Positions 8,066-15,489 of a stretch of 32,000 bases of DNA are shown here, piece by piece. Origin of the DNA: Phaeodactylibacter xiamenensis (GTDB lineage: Bacteria > Bacteroidota > Bacteroidia > Chitinophagales > Saprospiraceae). The stretch is from positions 218,883 through 250,882 of the forward strand of contig NZ_JPOS01000020.1 of the NCBI RefSeq assembly GCF_000759025.1, given 5' to 3'. Numbering within the stretch: position 1 is the stretch's first letter; each line of letters opens with the position of its first letter. The notes under the pieces are model-generated. The model saw only the letters and a program-made list of their open reading frames with translations. It made no database searches and was not told the DNA's origin. The position numbers and the translations under genes were made by a program.

Positions 8066-9051
8066 AAAGATATGGGCAATTATTCGATGACTTTACCTGC
8101 TTTTCCAACTTGTTTTCCGCTTATAAGAAAGCCCGGAAGGGAGCTGTTGGAAAACCTTCAACTCAGCAATTTTCCTTTCAATTGGAGCCTGCTTTGTTAG
8201 AGCTGCAACAGGAATTAATCAACGGCAGGTATAAGCCAAGTGCTTATCGTTATTTCAAAATATTCGACCCTAAGGAGCGGATCATTTCCGTTGCTTCCTT
8301 CAAAGACAGAGTAGTGCATCATGCCTTAATCAATCTACTGGAACCGATCTACGAGCGTTGTTTCATACACGACAGTTATGCTACCCGTAAAGGGAAAGGC
8401 ACGCACTTAGCCATAAACCGGGCACAAGCCTTTATGAGGGGGCATCAATGGTTTTTGAAGACAGATATTGACAAATACTTTGATAGCATCAACCAACAAG
8501 TATTGATCGCACTACTCAATCGTAAAATTAAAGATCAGCGATTGTTGAGCGTAGCCAAGGGCATTATACAAAATGGCGGATCAAATGGGGTAGGCCTTCC
8601 TATTGGCAACCTAACCAGCCAATTCTTTGCGAATGTTTACCTCAACCCCTTCGACCACTTTGTAAAACAGCAGCTCAGCGCAAAATACGTCCGGTATATG
8701 GATGATTTTGTCTTGTTTTCAAAGAATAAAGAGACATTGAAAAGCTACAAAACAGCTATTGAAAGCTACCTTTCAGCGCAATTAAAACTGCACCTGAAAG
8801 AGAAAGCGACCTTCATCAACCAAGCGGCTAACGGGTTAACATTTCTTGGTCGAAGGATTTTTCCCAAGACAATAAGGATCGCCCGACCTAACGGCAAACG
8901 CATGTTACGCCGGATGAAAAGCAAAGAGCAAGTCTACAGAAAGGGAGGTTTAGATCAAGCTGCTTTTTTGCAAAGTATGAACAGCTACTGGGCACAGTTG
9001 CAACCTTTTTACGGATTAAGGCAGGAAATTTTACAAGGGCAGTCAGCATGA
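8062..9051 (+). CDS. DGR-type reverse transcriptase
   Basis: RT motifs are present: FKIFDPKERIISVASFKDRVVHHAL, the DGR-characteristic LPIGNLTSQFFANVYL ((I/L)GxxxSQ where group II intron RTs have QG..SP), and the catalytic RYMDDFVLF (YMDD). At 329 aa it is compact, with no maturase or endonuclease extension. Confidence 0.92.
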   Translation: MKRYGQLFDDFTCFSNLFSAYKKARKGAVGKPSTQQFSFQLEPALLELQQELINGRYKPSAYRYFKIFDPKERIISVASFKDRVVHHALINLLEPIYERCFIHDSYATRKGKGTHLAINRAQAFMRGHQWFLKTDIDKYFDSINQQVLIALLNRKIKDQRLLSVAKGIIQNGGSNGVGLPIGNLTSQFFANVYLNPFDHFVKQQLSAKYVRYMDDFVLFSKNKETLKSYKTAIESYLSAQLKLHLKEKATFINQAANGLTFLGRRIFPKTIRIARPNGKRMLRRMKSKEQVYRKGGLDQAAFLQSMNSYWAQLQPFYGLRQEILQGQSA

Positions 9052-9174
9052 GGGCTCTAACCGGGTTCAACGGGGCGGCTCCTGGAACAACAAACCAGCC
9101 AAACTGCGTTGTGCTAATCGTAACAACAACACCCCCGGCAATAGTAACAACAACATAGGGTTTCGCCTCAGCAA
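9051..9174 (+). repeat. DGR template repeat (TR)
   Basis: 124 nt containing 39 adenines. In the target frame it reads GSNRVQRGGSWNNKPAKLRCANRNNNTPGNSNNNIGFRLSN, with 9 AAC, 3 AAT and 2 AAA codons. It is identical to VR1 and VR2 at all non-A positions, apart from one T/G difference with VR2. No plausible ORF covers it. Confidence 0.9.
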
Positions 9175-9273
9175 TACAGTTAAAGTCTGAACAGTCAGCT
9201 CTACGGACATGGCTGCCGTACACGATCTGTCCCGCTGACTGTCCTGCACCCTTGAGGGTCAAATACAACTAGA

Positions 9274-9311
9274 AATGCATTGCTTGGTACGGAGACGGAA
9301 GAGCAGTGCAT
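9274..9311. terminator. Hairpin between the convergent DGR cassette and the minus-strand operon (probable bidirectional terminator)
   Basis: AATGCATTGC (9274-9283) pairs with GCAGTGCATT (9302-9311), 10 bp including one G-U. It is followed by CTTTCTC on the + strand. It lies 7 nt from the stop of the minus-strand gene ending at 9318. Confidence 0.5.
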
Positions 9312-9317
9312 TCTTTC

Positions 9318-10019
9318 TCACCCCCCCTTCCGAAAAAACGAAAACACAATCTGCCCCACGTAAGCCCCCAGCACACTCTCCACCAGCGCCAGCCAGGTAT
9401 TCATCTGTGCGAAGGAGAAGGCAGACTTGGCCTTCAGCTCAATGAAGAGGAGTAGGAGCAGCCCGTAGATGGGCAGCAAAAAATAAGAGAAGGTGACGAG
9501 CGGGCCCGAAATATACCGGGGCGGCTCCGGCCCTTTGTGGTGCTGCCGCAGGTAGTCGGCCACCATCACAGAGATGTAGGCGGCCAGAGCAGGGGCCAGC
9601 AAAGCCACGGTACCCTGGAATTGGTCATTGCTAAAGCCACCCGTGCTCCAGTGGTAGGACAGCCGCAGGATGACGGCTACCTTGATGAGGCACAAGAGGT
9701 AAAACAGGCGTTTCTTGAAAGTAGCCTCCGTGAGCAGGCGGCGCCGCTTTTTGCCGGGCGTGGGCTCATCCGGCAGGCGGCTCACCCAGTCGGTAAGGCT
9801 GTGGGTGATTTGGGCGTGGGCGCGGGAGTATTCCTCGTAAGAAATCAGCCCGGCGTTCCACTTCTCGTGGTGGTTCTGCGCACGACTGCCAAGTACCGTG
9901 AGGGCGTTGGCGATGTCGCTCAGCCCGGAGTACTCGGCGTATTCGAGGGCAGCGGCATTGGCGGCTTCAAGCTTGCCCTGCGTGATGAGCTGCCGGATGG
10001 AGGATTTGGTGTGGTCCAT
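9318..10019 (-). CDS. Hypothetical membrane protein: ~85-aa helical N-terminal domain plus about 4 predicted TM helices
   Basis: 233 aa. The N-terminal region is MDHTKSSIRQLITQGKLEAANAAALEYAEYS..LGSRAQNHHEKWNAGLISYEEYSRAHAQITHSLTDWVSRL. A basic linker (GKKRRRLL) follows, then hydrophobic segments LFYLLCLIKVAVILRL, GTVALLAPALAAYISVMVADYL, LVTFSYFLLPIYGLLLLLFIEL and WLALVESVLGAYVGQIVFSFF. It is 3 nt downstream of the preceding gene, so the two likely form an operon. Confidence 0.6.
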   Translation of the reverse strand: MDHTKSSIRQLITQGKLEAANAAALEYAEYSGLSDIANALTVLGSRAQNHHEKWNAGLISYEEYSRAHAQITHSLTDWVSRLPDEPTPGKKRRRLLTEATFKKRLFYLLCLIKVAVILRLSYHWSTGGFSNDQFQGTVALLAPALAAYISVMVADYLRQHHKGPEPPRYISGPLVTFSYFLLPIYGLLLLLFIELKAKSAFSFAQMNTWLALVESVLGAYVGQIVFSFFRKGG

Positions 10020-10022
10020 AAG

Positions 10023-11018
10023 CTAGGGGCGTTCCAGATAGCGCTTCAGGTCTTGCTGAAAGCGGTTGACGTAAGGGATGAGGAAGTCGTCTTCAAAGTC
10101 GGGCTCCATATCCATATAGCCGCTGCTGCGGGGCTTGTATACGCCGGAGCCGAATTTGCCCGTCAGGCTACCCGTGAGGAGGTAGCCGTCATCAGTGGGG
10201 GTGTAGTGGAAGGTGAACTCCAGGCGCTCCCGGCGCATATCGTTGCAGTCGCCCCACCACAGCTCCACGAAATCGCACCAGAGGGACTGCTCTTCGTCGG
10301 TTAACACTTCGCGGCAGAGGTCGGAGACGTGGAATTTGAGGACATATTCGTTATTGAAGTCGGTTTGTTCCACTTCGGGCTTTCGCTCTTCGCAGCCTTC
10401 CCGGGGCTGCTCATAGCGCTGCCGGGCGTAGCGCAGTACCGCATCGAAGACTTCTTGGCGGCTACGCTTTTTGTCAATAGCGACTTCGGATGTCCCCACC
10501 GCTTGCTCCACCCTGGGCAGCTCTACCGGGATATTGAGCGTCTGTGCTTTGCAGGCATTGATGCGTTTTTTTTGCTGTATGGCATTGTCAGCCTCCCATA
10601 TCCAGTAGTAGAAACAGGGGTTGTAACCACTGCCGGAAGCCGCCGGCAGGTACACCTGTATATTGCCCTGCGCGGGCGGAATTTCCATAAAGCGGACGAA
10701 GGTATAGTAGAGGGTTTCGTCCAGCGACTCGCCGTCTTCCTGCTCTGCCAGGGTTTGCTGCAGTTCGTTCCAAAGGGCAGCGCCTTCGTCGGGGTTGGTG
10801 GTGCGCAGGCTGAGCCACAGCTCCAGTTCCATGCCGTTTTTCGCCAGCTTGGCTTCATCTACTTTCAGCACTTGCCCGTAGCCTTTGGCATCGAGCCAGC
10901 GCTGGTAGAGGCGGGCTTTTTTGTTGAAAAAGTCGGCATCGTCGCCCAGGAATACCTGCGCGTGAGGCTCCAGAGGTAGGCACAAAAAAAGCAGCGATAA
11001 GAGGTATGGTATCTTCAT
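10023..11018 (-). CDS. Hypothetical secreted protein
   Basis: The track ORF runs 10023-11039 and starts at a TTG. ATG 11018 gives MKIPYLLSLLFLCLPLEPHAQ, a signal peptide. The protein is cysteine- and tryptophan-containing and acidic. I recognise no family. It is transcribed divergently from target 2. Confidence 0.6.
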   Translation of the reverse strand: MKIPYLLSLLFLCLPLEPHAQVFLGDDADFFNKKARLYQRWLDAKGYGQVLKVDEAKLAKNGMELELWLSLRTTNPDEGAALWNELQQTLAEQEDGESLDETLYYTFVRFMEIPPAQGNIQVYLPAASGSGYNPCFYYWIWEADNAIQQKKRINACKAQTLNIPVELPRVEQAVGTSEVAIDKKRSRQEVFDAVLRYARQRYEQPREGCEERKPEVEQTDFNNEYVLKFHVSDLCREVLTDEEQSLWCDFVELWWGDCNDMRRERLEFTFHYTPTDDGYLLTGSLTGKFGSGVYKPRSSGYMDMEPDFEDDFLIPYVNRFQQDLKRYLERP

Positions 11019-11138
11019 AACCATGGGGTTTGCTGCCAAATTACTGAATTTGTTATACTTGTTGCGGCTTCTCCCATCTTCAATTCGGCTCAGCCTGTAA
11101 TTTTTGTACTTTTACACAGTGTTCAAACCCTCTACGCT

Positions 11139-12891
11139 ATGACTTTACCCCGTTTTCTACCTTTAATGGTGCTGCTGTTTTTCAGCTACAGCCTTTCCGC
11201 CCAGTCCGCCCTGCGCGATGGCAAAGACTACGCCATTTTCTTCTACTGCACCTCCTTTGACCAAGGCTGGACATCCCTGCCGGAAACCGAAGAGGAGGTC
11301 AAAGCCATCGGTAACCTTTTGCAGTCGGACTACGGTTTTCAGCTCCACTACGTCAAGAACCCCAGCAAAGCAGACATCAAGGATGAAATCACGAAGTGGA
11401 ACGCCCGCGTACGCCCCAATGATCAGGTGCTCTACTTCTTCTCCACCCACGGCTACTACGACGCCGCTGCCGACGAGGGTTTCCTCGTTCCGCACAATGG
11501 AAAGCTGCGGGATACCTACGGCGATACCTGGCTGAGCTACGCCGAACTGGGCCGCCGGGTGACCAAAAGCAACAGCAAGCATGTGCTCCTGGCGCTCGAC
11601 GCCTGCTACTCCGGTGCCTTTGGCGACCGATACAAAGGCCAACCCGGTGGTACCCCCTGGGAAGCCGATGCAGACTGCGCCGATCAGGTAGAAAACGCCC
11701 TGTCGTACCCCACCCGCCGCTACTTTACATCCGGCAGCAAAAACCAACGAACCCCCGCCCGTTCCCTCTTCGCCCGCCGCTGGCTGACCGCCCTGCGACA
11801 GGGGCAGGAAAAAGGAGTCGTGCGTATCCGGGACTTACGCTACCACCTGGGTAGTATTCCCAATCCCAAGCCAGAGGATGGCTCCTTTACCGGGCATGAG
11901 GATGGTGGATTTGTTTTTGTGCACCGCTCGGCTTGTCAGGGTAGCGGCAGTGGTGGTACGGATGCCGCAGAGGAGCAGCTCTGGGCACAGGCGCAGCGAC
12001 TGAAGACGAAGGAAGCTTACGCTTTTTATCGGCAAGTGTACCCCAATGGCCGCTACCGGGCTCAGGCGGAGGCGAAGATCAAGGCCTTTGAGCGGGGCAA
12101 GACTATAACGCCCTCCTCTACCACCCGCCGGCGCGACCTGCCGGATATGATCTTCGTGGAAGGGGGCAGTTTTCAGATGGGGAGTAGCGATAGCGATGCG
12201 CATGATGATGAAATGCCCCATACGGTCACGGTGGATGACTTTTATATGCACCGCTTTGAGGTGACCTTTGAGGAATACGATCAGTTTTGCGAAGCAACCA
12301 GTCGGAAGAAGCCGGATGATGAAGGCTGGGGGCGTGGAAAGCGCCCGGTGATCCATGTGAGCTGGTACGATGCCGTAGCCTACTGCAACTGGAAGAGCAA
12401 ACAAGAAGGGCTACAGGAGGTATACCGAATTAGCGGTACAAGCGTGAGCGCGGACTGGAACGCCGATGGCTACCGCCTGCCTAACAGAGGCAGAGTGGGA
12501 ATTTGCGGCGCGCAGCCGTGGTGGCAATGATAAATGGGCGGGGACTTCTTCGGAGTCAGCTTTGTCCAATTATGCAAACTACTATGAAAGTGGCTCAAAG
12601 GGTGGCTACATGCAAACGGCACCGGTGGGTTCATTCCGAGCTAATAAGCTGGGCCTGCATGACATGAGCGGCAATGTCTGGGAGTGGTGCTGGGACTGGT
12701 ACGATAGCGATTACTATAAAAATAGCCCCAGTCGTAATCCCCGTGGCCCCAGTACGGGCTCTTACCGGGTTCAGCGGGGCGGCTCCTGGCGCGGCGAGCC
12801 AGCCCGACTGCGTTGTGCGTTTCGTCTCGGCGGCACCCCCGGCTATAGTAGCCTCTTCATAGGGTTTCGCCTCAGCAGGACCGCGGAATAG
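11139..12891 (+). pseudogene. DGR target 2: caspase-like :: FGE/CLec paralog, interrupted by a +1-nt frameshift near 12483-12484
   Basis: Track ORFs 11139-12530 and 12466-12891 are two frames of a single gene. Target 1 has CCTACGGAGGCGGAGTGGGAG (LPTEAEWEF). Here the sequence is CCTAACAGAGGCAGAGTGGGAA, and deleting one A restores LPTEAEWEFAARSRG. The signal peptide (MTLPRFLPLMVLLFFSYSLSAQS), the dyad context (FFSTHGYY, LLALDACYSGAF) and the FGE motifs are all retained. Confidence 0.8.
12755..12878 (+). repeat. DGR variable repeat 2 (VR2)
   Basis: Gapless alignment to the TR. Of the 27 mismatches I counted, 26 lie at TR adenines. The exception is TR T9115 versus G12819. VR2 encodes GSYRVQRGGSWRGEPARLRCAFRLGGTPGYSSLFIGFRLSR. 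Confidence 0.88.
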
Positions 12892-13013
12892 GCAGTGCTC
12901 CTGCCTTTCAGAAGATTCTGCGTCCCAGGGGGCGGGGCGTTAGATTTTATCTTTTCTCCGTCCGCTGAAGCCCTTTAGGGCGCAGGCGGGTTACTTTTTT
13001 ACAAAACAATCAG

Positions 13014-13043
13014 GAGGGCATGGCTCGAAAGGGTCATGCCCTC
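13014..13043 (+). terminator. GC-rich hairpin homologous to 7075-7106 (13-bp stem with two G-T/G-U pairs, GAAA loop)
   Basis: GAGGGCATGGCTC (13014-13026), GAAA, GGGTCATGCCCTC (13031-13043). Confidence 0.55.
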
Positions 13044-13155
13044 TTCCTATATATGGCCTATATGCATCAGCATATATAAAGGTGAAATGTATACGGATAT
13101 ATTGGAAATTGGCCCCTTCGTTTCAGGAGTATAGGCATATATATAGCCAGTATAT

Positions 13156-13235
13156 ATGGAATTACGAATCTTCACACTGTCCTTTGATGAGGTTTCGGAA
13201 GGAGTTCCGATGAGATTATCACGCAGTAGTTTTGC
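13156..13235 (+). pseudogene. Remnant of the 5' end of an HRDC accessory gene
   Basis: ATGGAATTACGAATCTTCACACTGTCCTTTGATGAGGTTTCGGAAGGAGTTCCGATGAGATTATCACGCAG matches 7219-7290. It has a 1-nt deletion (GGAGTTCC-GATGAG versus GGTTTTCCGGATGAG). Similarity ends after ~80 nt, and no avd, RT or TR follows. Confidence 0.7.
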
Positions 13236-13430
13236 TTTGCTGCTGAGAAGCGCTGTAAGATTGGGAATGGGAGGAGGCGTCAGGGGGGCATCTCCTGAAT
13301 AGGGTCGATTCCTAGCCCCCACCAGACGCTTGCGCCACAGCTGGCTGCAGCGTAGGGGCACGTGGGAGACGCGTTGTTCGTGGCGCTGGGAACGGGGAGT
13401 AAAGTATGGTCCTTGGCTTTTGGGTAAAAT

Positions 13431-13471
13431 GTGGAGACAGCAGGCACTTTTAAAGTTCCTGCTGTCTCCAC
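13431..13471 (-). terminator. Rho-independent-type terminator of mnmG
   Basis: A perfect 14-bp stem: GTGGAGACAGCAGG (13431-13444) pairs with CCTGCTGTCTCCAC (13458-13471). It directly abuts the mnmG stop codon (13472-13474). A short T-run (ATTTTACCC) follows on the minus strand. Confidence 0.7.
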
Positions 13472-15337
13472 CTACCGCCCCATATGCACCAGCAGGACCG
13501 AAATATCCGCCGGAGAAACTCCGCTGATCCGGCTCGCCTGGCCCACCGTTTCCGGGCGGATTTGGGATAGCTTTTCGCGGGCCTCCTTGGAGAGGGAGGT
13601 CAGCTGCTCGTAGTCCAGGTTGTCGAAAAGGCGGACATTTTCCAGGCGGTTCATCTTATCGGCCCGCTCGCGCTCCCGCTCAATGTAGCCCTCGTACTTC
13701 ATATCCGTCTCGGCCGTCTCTATAAACTCAGGCTCATAGTTGCCCAGGAACTCATCCAGGGCAGGAAGTACGGTGCGCAGCCCGGCAATATCCACATGCG
13801 GGCGCAGGAGCAGGCTGTGCAGCTTCACTTTTTGCGAGAGCGGCTGCGAACCCAGGCTGTCCAGGTAGCGGTTGACTTCACCAGGCTCCACGCTGAGCTT
13901 GCGGGCAAATTTACTGATGGCTTCACCAGCTTCCTGCTTGGCCAGTACGCGCTGCATGCGCTCTTCCGCACCTTGGATGCCCAGCTCTTGTGCCAGTGGC
14001 GTCAGACGGAGGTCGGCATTGTCTTGCCGGAGCAGGATGCGGTACTCTGCCCGGGAGGTAAACATGCGGTAGGGCTCCTTGGTGCCTTTGTTGACCAGGT
14101 CGTCGATGAGCACACCGATGTAGCCATCGGAGCGGCGCAGCACAAATGGCGCTTCCTCCCTGATGGAAAGGTGGGCATTGATACCGGCGATCAGTCCCTG
14201 ACAGCCGGCCTCTTCGTAACCGGTGGTGCCATTGATCTGTCCGGCGAAGTAAAGGCGGTCGACGAGCTTGGTTTCCAGCGTAAGCTTCAGCTGCGTAGGC
14301 TGGAAGAAGTCGTATTCGATGGCATAGCCCGGGCGGAACATCTTGGCATTTTCAAAACCCCGGATTTTCCGCAGTGCTTTGTACTGCACATCCTCCGGCA
14401 GGGAGGACGAAAAGCCATTGACATAAATCTCAACGGTATTCCAACCCTCGGGCTCTACAAAAAGCTGATGCCGGTCGCGGTCAGCAAAGCGGTCGATTTT
14501 ATCTTCGATGGAAGGGCAGTAGCGTGGCCCCAGGCCCTGAATGCGCCCGTTGAACATAGGGGAGCGGTCAAAGCCTTCCTTCAGCGTGTCGTGCACCTCC
14601 TGACTCGTGTAGGCAATGTGGCAGGGGCGCTGTTTTTTCAGCGTTGGAGTATCGGTGTAGGAAAACTTGCCCGGATCTTCATCACCGGGTTGTTCCTCCA
14701 GTTGCGACCAGTCGATAGAGCGGCCGTCGAGGCGGGGTGGGGTACCGGTTTTCATGCGGCCGGCTTCGAAGCCCAGCTCCACGAGTTGTTCGGTGATACC
14801 CTTGGAAGCACGTTCGCCCGCCCGGCCACCACCGAATTGCTTTTCACCGATGTGGATAATGCCGTTGAGGAAAGTGCCATTGGTCAGGATGACTGCCTTT
14901 GCGGGGATTTCCAACCCCAGGCTTGTATGCACACCGGTTGCCCGGCCGTCTTTCACCACAATACCTGTGACCATTTCCTGCCAGAAGTCGATGTTAGGGT
15001 GCTGCTCCAGCAACTCGCGCCATTTGGCTGCAAAGAGCATACGGTCGCTTTGGGCCCGCGGGCTCCACATAGCCGGCCCTTTGGAGCGGTTGAGCATGCG
15101 GAACTGCACCATCGTGTGGTCGGTCACAATACCGGAGTAACCACCCAGGGCGTCAATCTCCCGTACAATCTGACCCTTAGCCACCCCGCCCATAGCCGGA
15201 TTGCAGGACATCTGCGCGATGGTATTCATATTCATAGTGGCGAGCATCACTTTGGAGCCGAGGTTAGCTGCTGCTACTGCGGCTTCGCATCCGGAGTGCC
15301 CGGCACCCACTACAATCACATCGTATTCTGGAAACAT
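13472..15337 (-). CDS. mnmG: tRNA uridine 5-carboxymethylaminomethyl modification enzyme MnmG (GidA)
   Basis: [66 protein letters not shown].. carries the FAD-binding GxGxxG and is canonical MnmG sequence throughout. The start is taken at ATG 15337 rather than the upstream extension to 15394. Confidence 0.95.
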   Translation of the reverse strand: MFPEYDVIVVGAGHSGCEAAVAAANLGSKVMLATMNMNTIAQMSCNPAMGGVAKGQIVREIDALGGYSGIVTDHTMVQFRMLNRSKGPAMWSPRAQSDRMLFAAKWRELLEQHPNIDFWQEMVTGIVVKDGRATGVHTSLGLEIPAKAVILTNGTFLNGIIHIGEKQFGGGRAGERASKGITEQLVELGFEAGRMKTGTPPRLDGRSIDWSQLEEQPGDEDPGKFSYTDTPTLKKQRPCHIAYTSQEVHDTLKEGFDRSPMFNGRIQGLGPRYCPSIEDKIDRFADRDRHQLFVEPEGWNTVEIYVNGFSSSLPEDVQYKALRKIRGFENAKMFRPGYAIEYDFFQPTQLKLTLETKLVDRLYFAGQINGTTGYEEAGCQGLIAGINAHLSIREEAPFVLRRSDGYIGVLIDDLVNKGTKEPYRMFTSRAEYRILLRQDNADLRLTPLAQELGIQGAEERMQRVLAKQEAGEAISKFARKLSVEPGEVNRYLDSLGSQPLSQKVKLHSLLLRPHVDIAGLRTVLPALDEFLGNYEPEFIETAETDMKYEGYIERERERADKMNRLENVRLFDNLDYEQLTSLSKEAREKLSQIRPETVGQASRISGVSPADISVLLVHMGR

Positions 15338-15489
15338 AATCGTTATCGGTCTTGTAAATTTCGGACTTGCAAAAGTACGGTATTCGCTTGACAATCAACA
15401 GTACAGCCCGGATTTTCGTTCAATCTGCCGTTCTGGCAATCCGAAAGGCAAAGTTGGGGTTGAAGAACAGCGCCCTTTGTCAAGGCACC

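Larger units (their letters stand above)
7219..9174 (+). mobile_element. Diversity-generating retroelement core cassette (HRDC accessory gene, avd, RT, TR)
   Basis: Co-oriented, tightly packed genes: the HRDC stop at 7710, the avd ATG at 7721, and an avd/RT ATGA overlap at 8062-8065. The TR starts at the RT stop codon. See the individual features. Confidence 0.9.
12991..13235 (+). repeat. Copy 2 of the duplicated post-VR segment
   Basis: See copy 1 (7051-7296). Element order is the same: T-run, GC hairpin, TATATATGGCCTATATGCATCAGCATATATAA, AT-rich leader, then the HRDC start. Confidence 0.8.

Noticed and set aside
8062-9051. Alternative identities for the RT: retron, group II intron, or Abi/UG defence RT
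   Set aside because: There is no flanking msr/msd-like inverted repeats with an effector gene, no intron RNA domains and no maturase/En domain. The IGNLTSQ motif, the Avd partner and the TR/VR pairs with A-only mismatches specifically indicate a DGR.
8888-9268. Minus-strand ORFs 8888-9268 and 9067-9249 covering the TR
   Set aside because: They overlap the RT 3' end and the TR. Their sequence (..VVVTIAGGVVVTI.., ..LLLLLPGVLLLRL..) is just the reverse-complement reading of AAC-rich TR codons. The TR is better explained as a non-coding template.
12466-12891. A stand-alone 141-aa FGE-domain gene
   Set aside because: It begins in the middle of the conserved YRLPTEAEWEF motif and overlaps ORF 11139-12530. 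Removing one A at ~12483 fuses the two into a full paralog of target 1. I therefore call it the 3' part of a frameshifted gene.
13796-15391. A very long (531 aa) + strand ORF
   Set aside because: It is entirely antisense to mnmG, whose minus-strand translation is unmistakably MnmG/GidA. The + strand product is low-complexity, Ala/Gly/Val/Leu-rich and has no motifs. This is a typical shadow ORF in GC-rich coding DNA.
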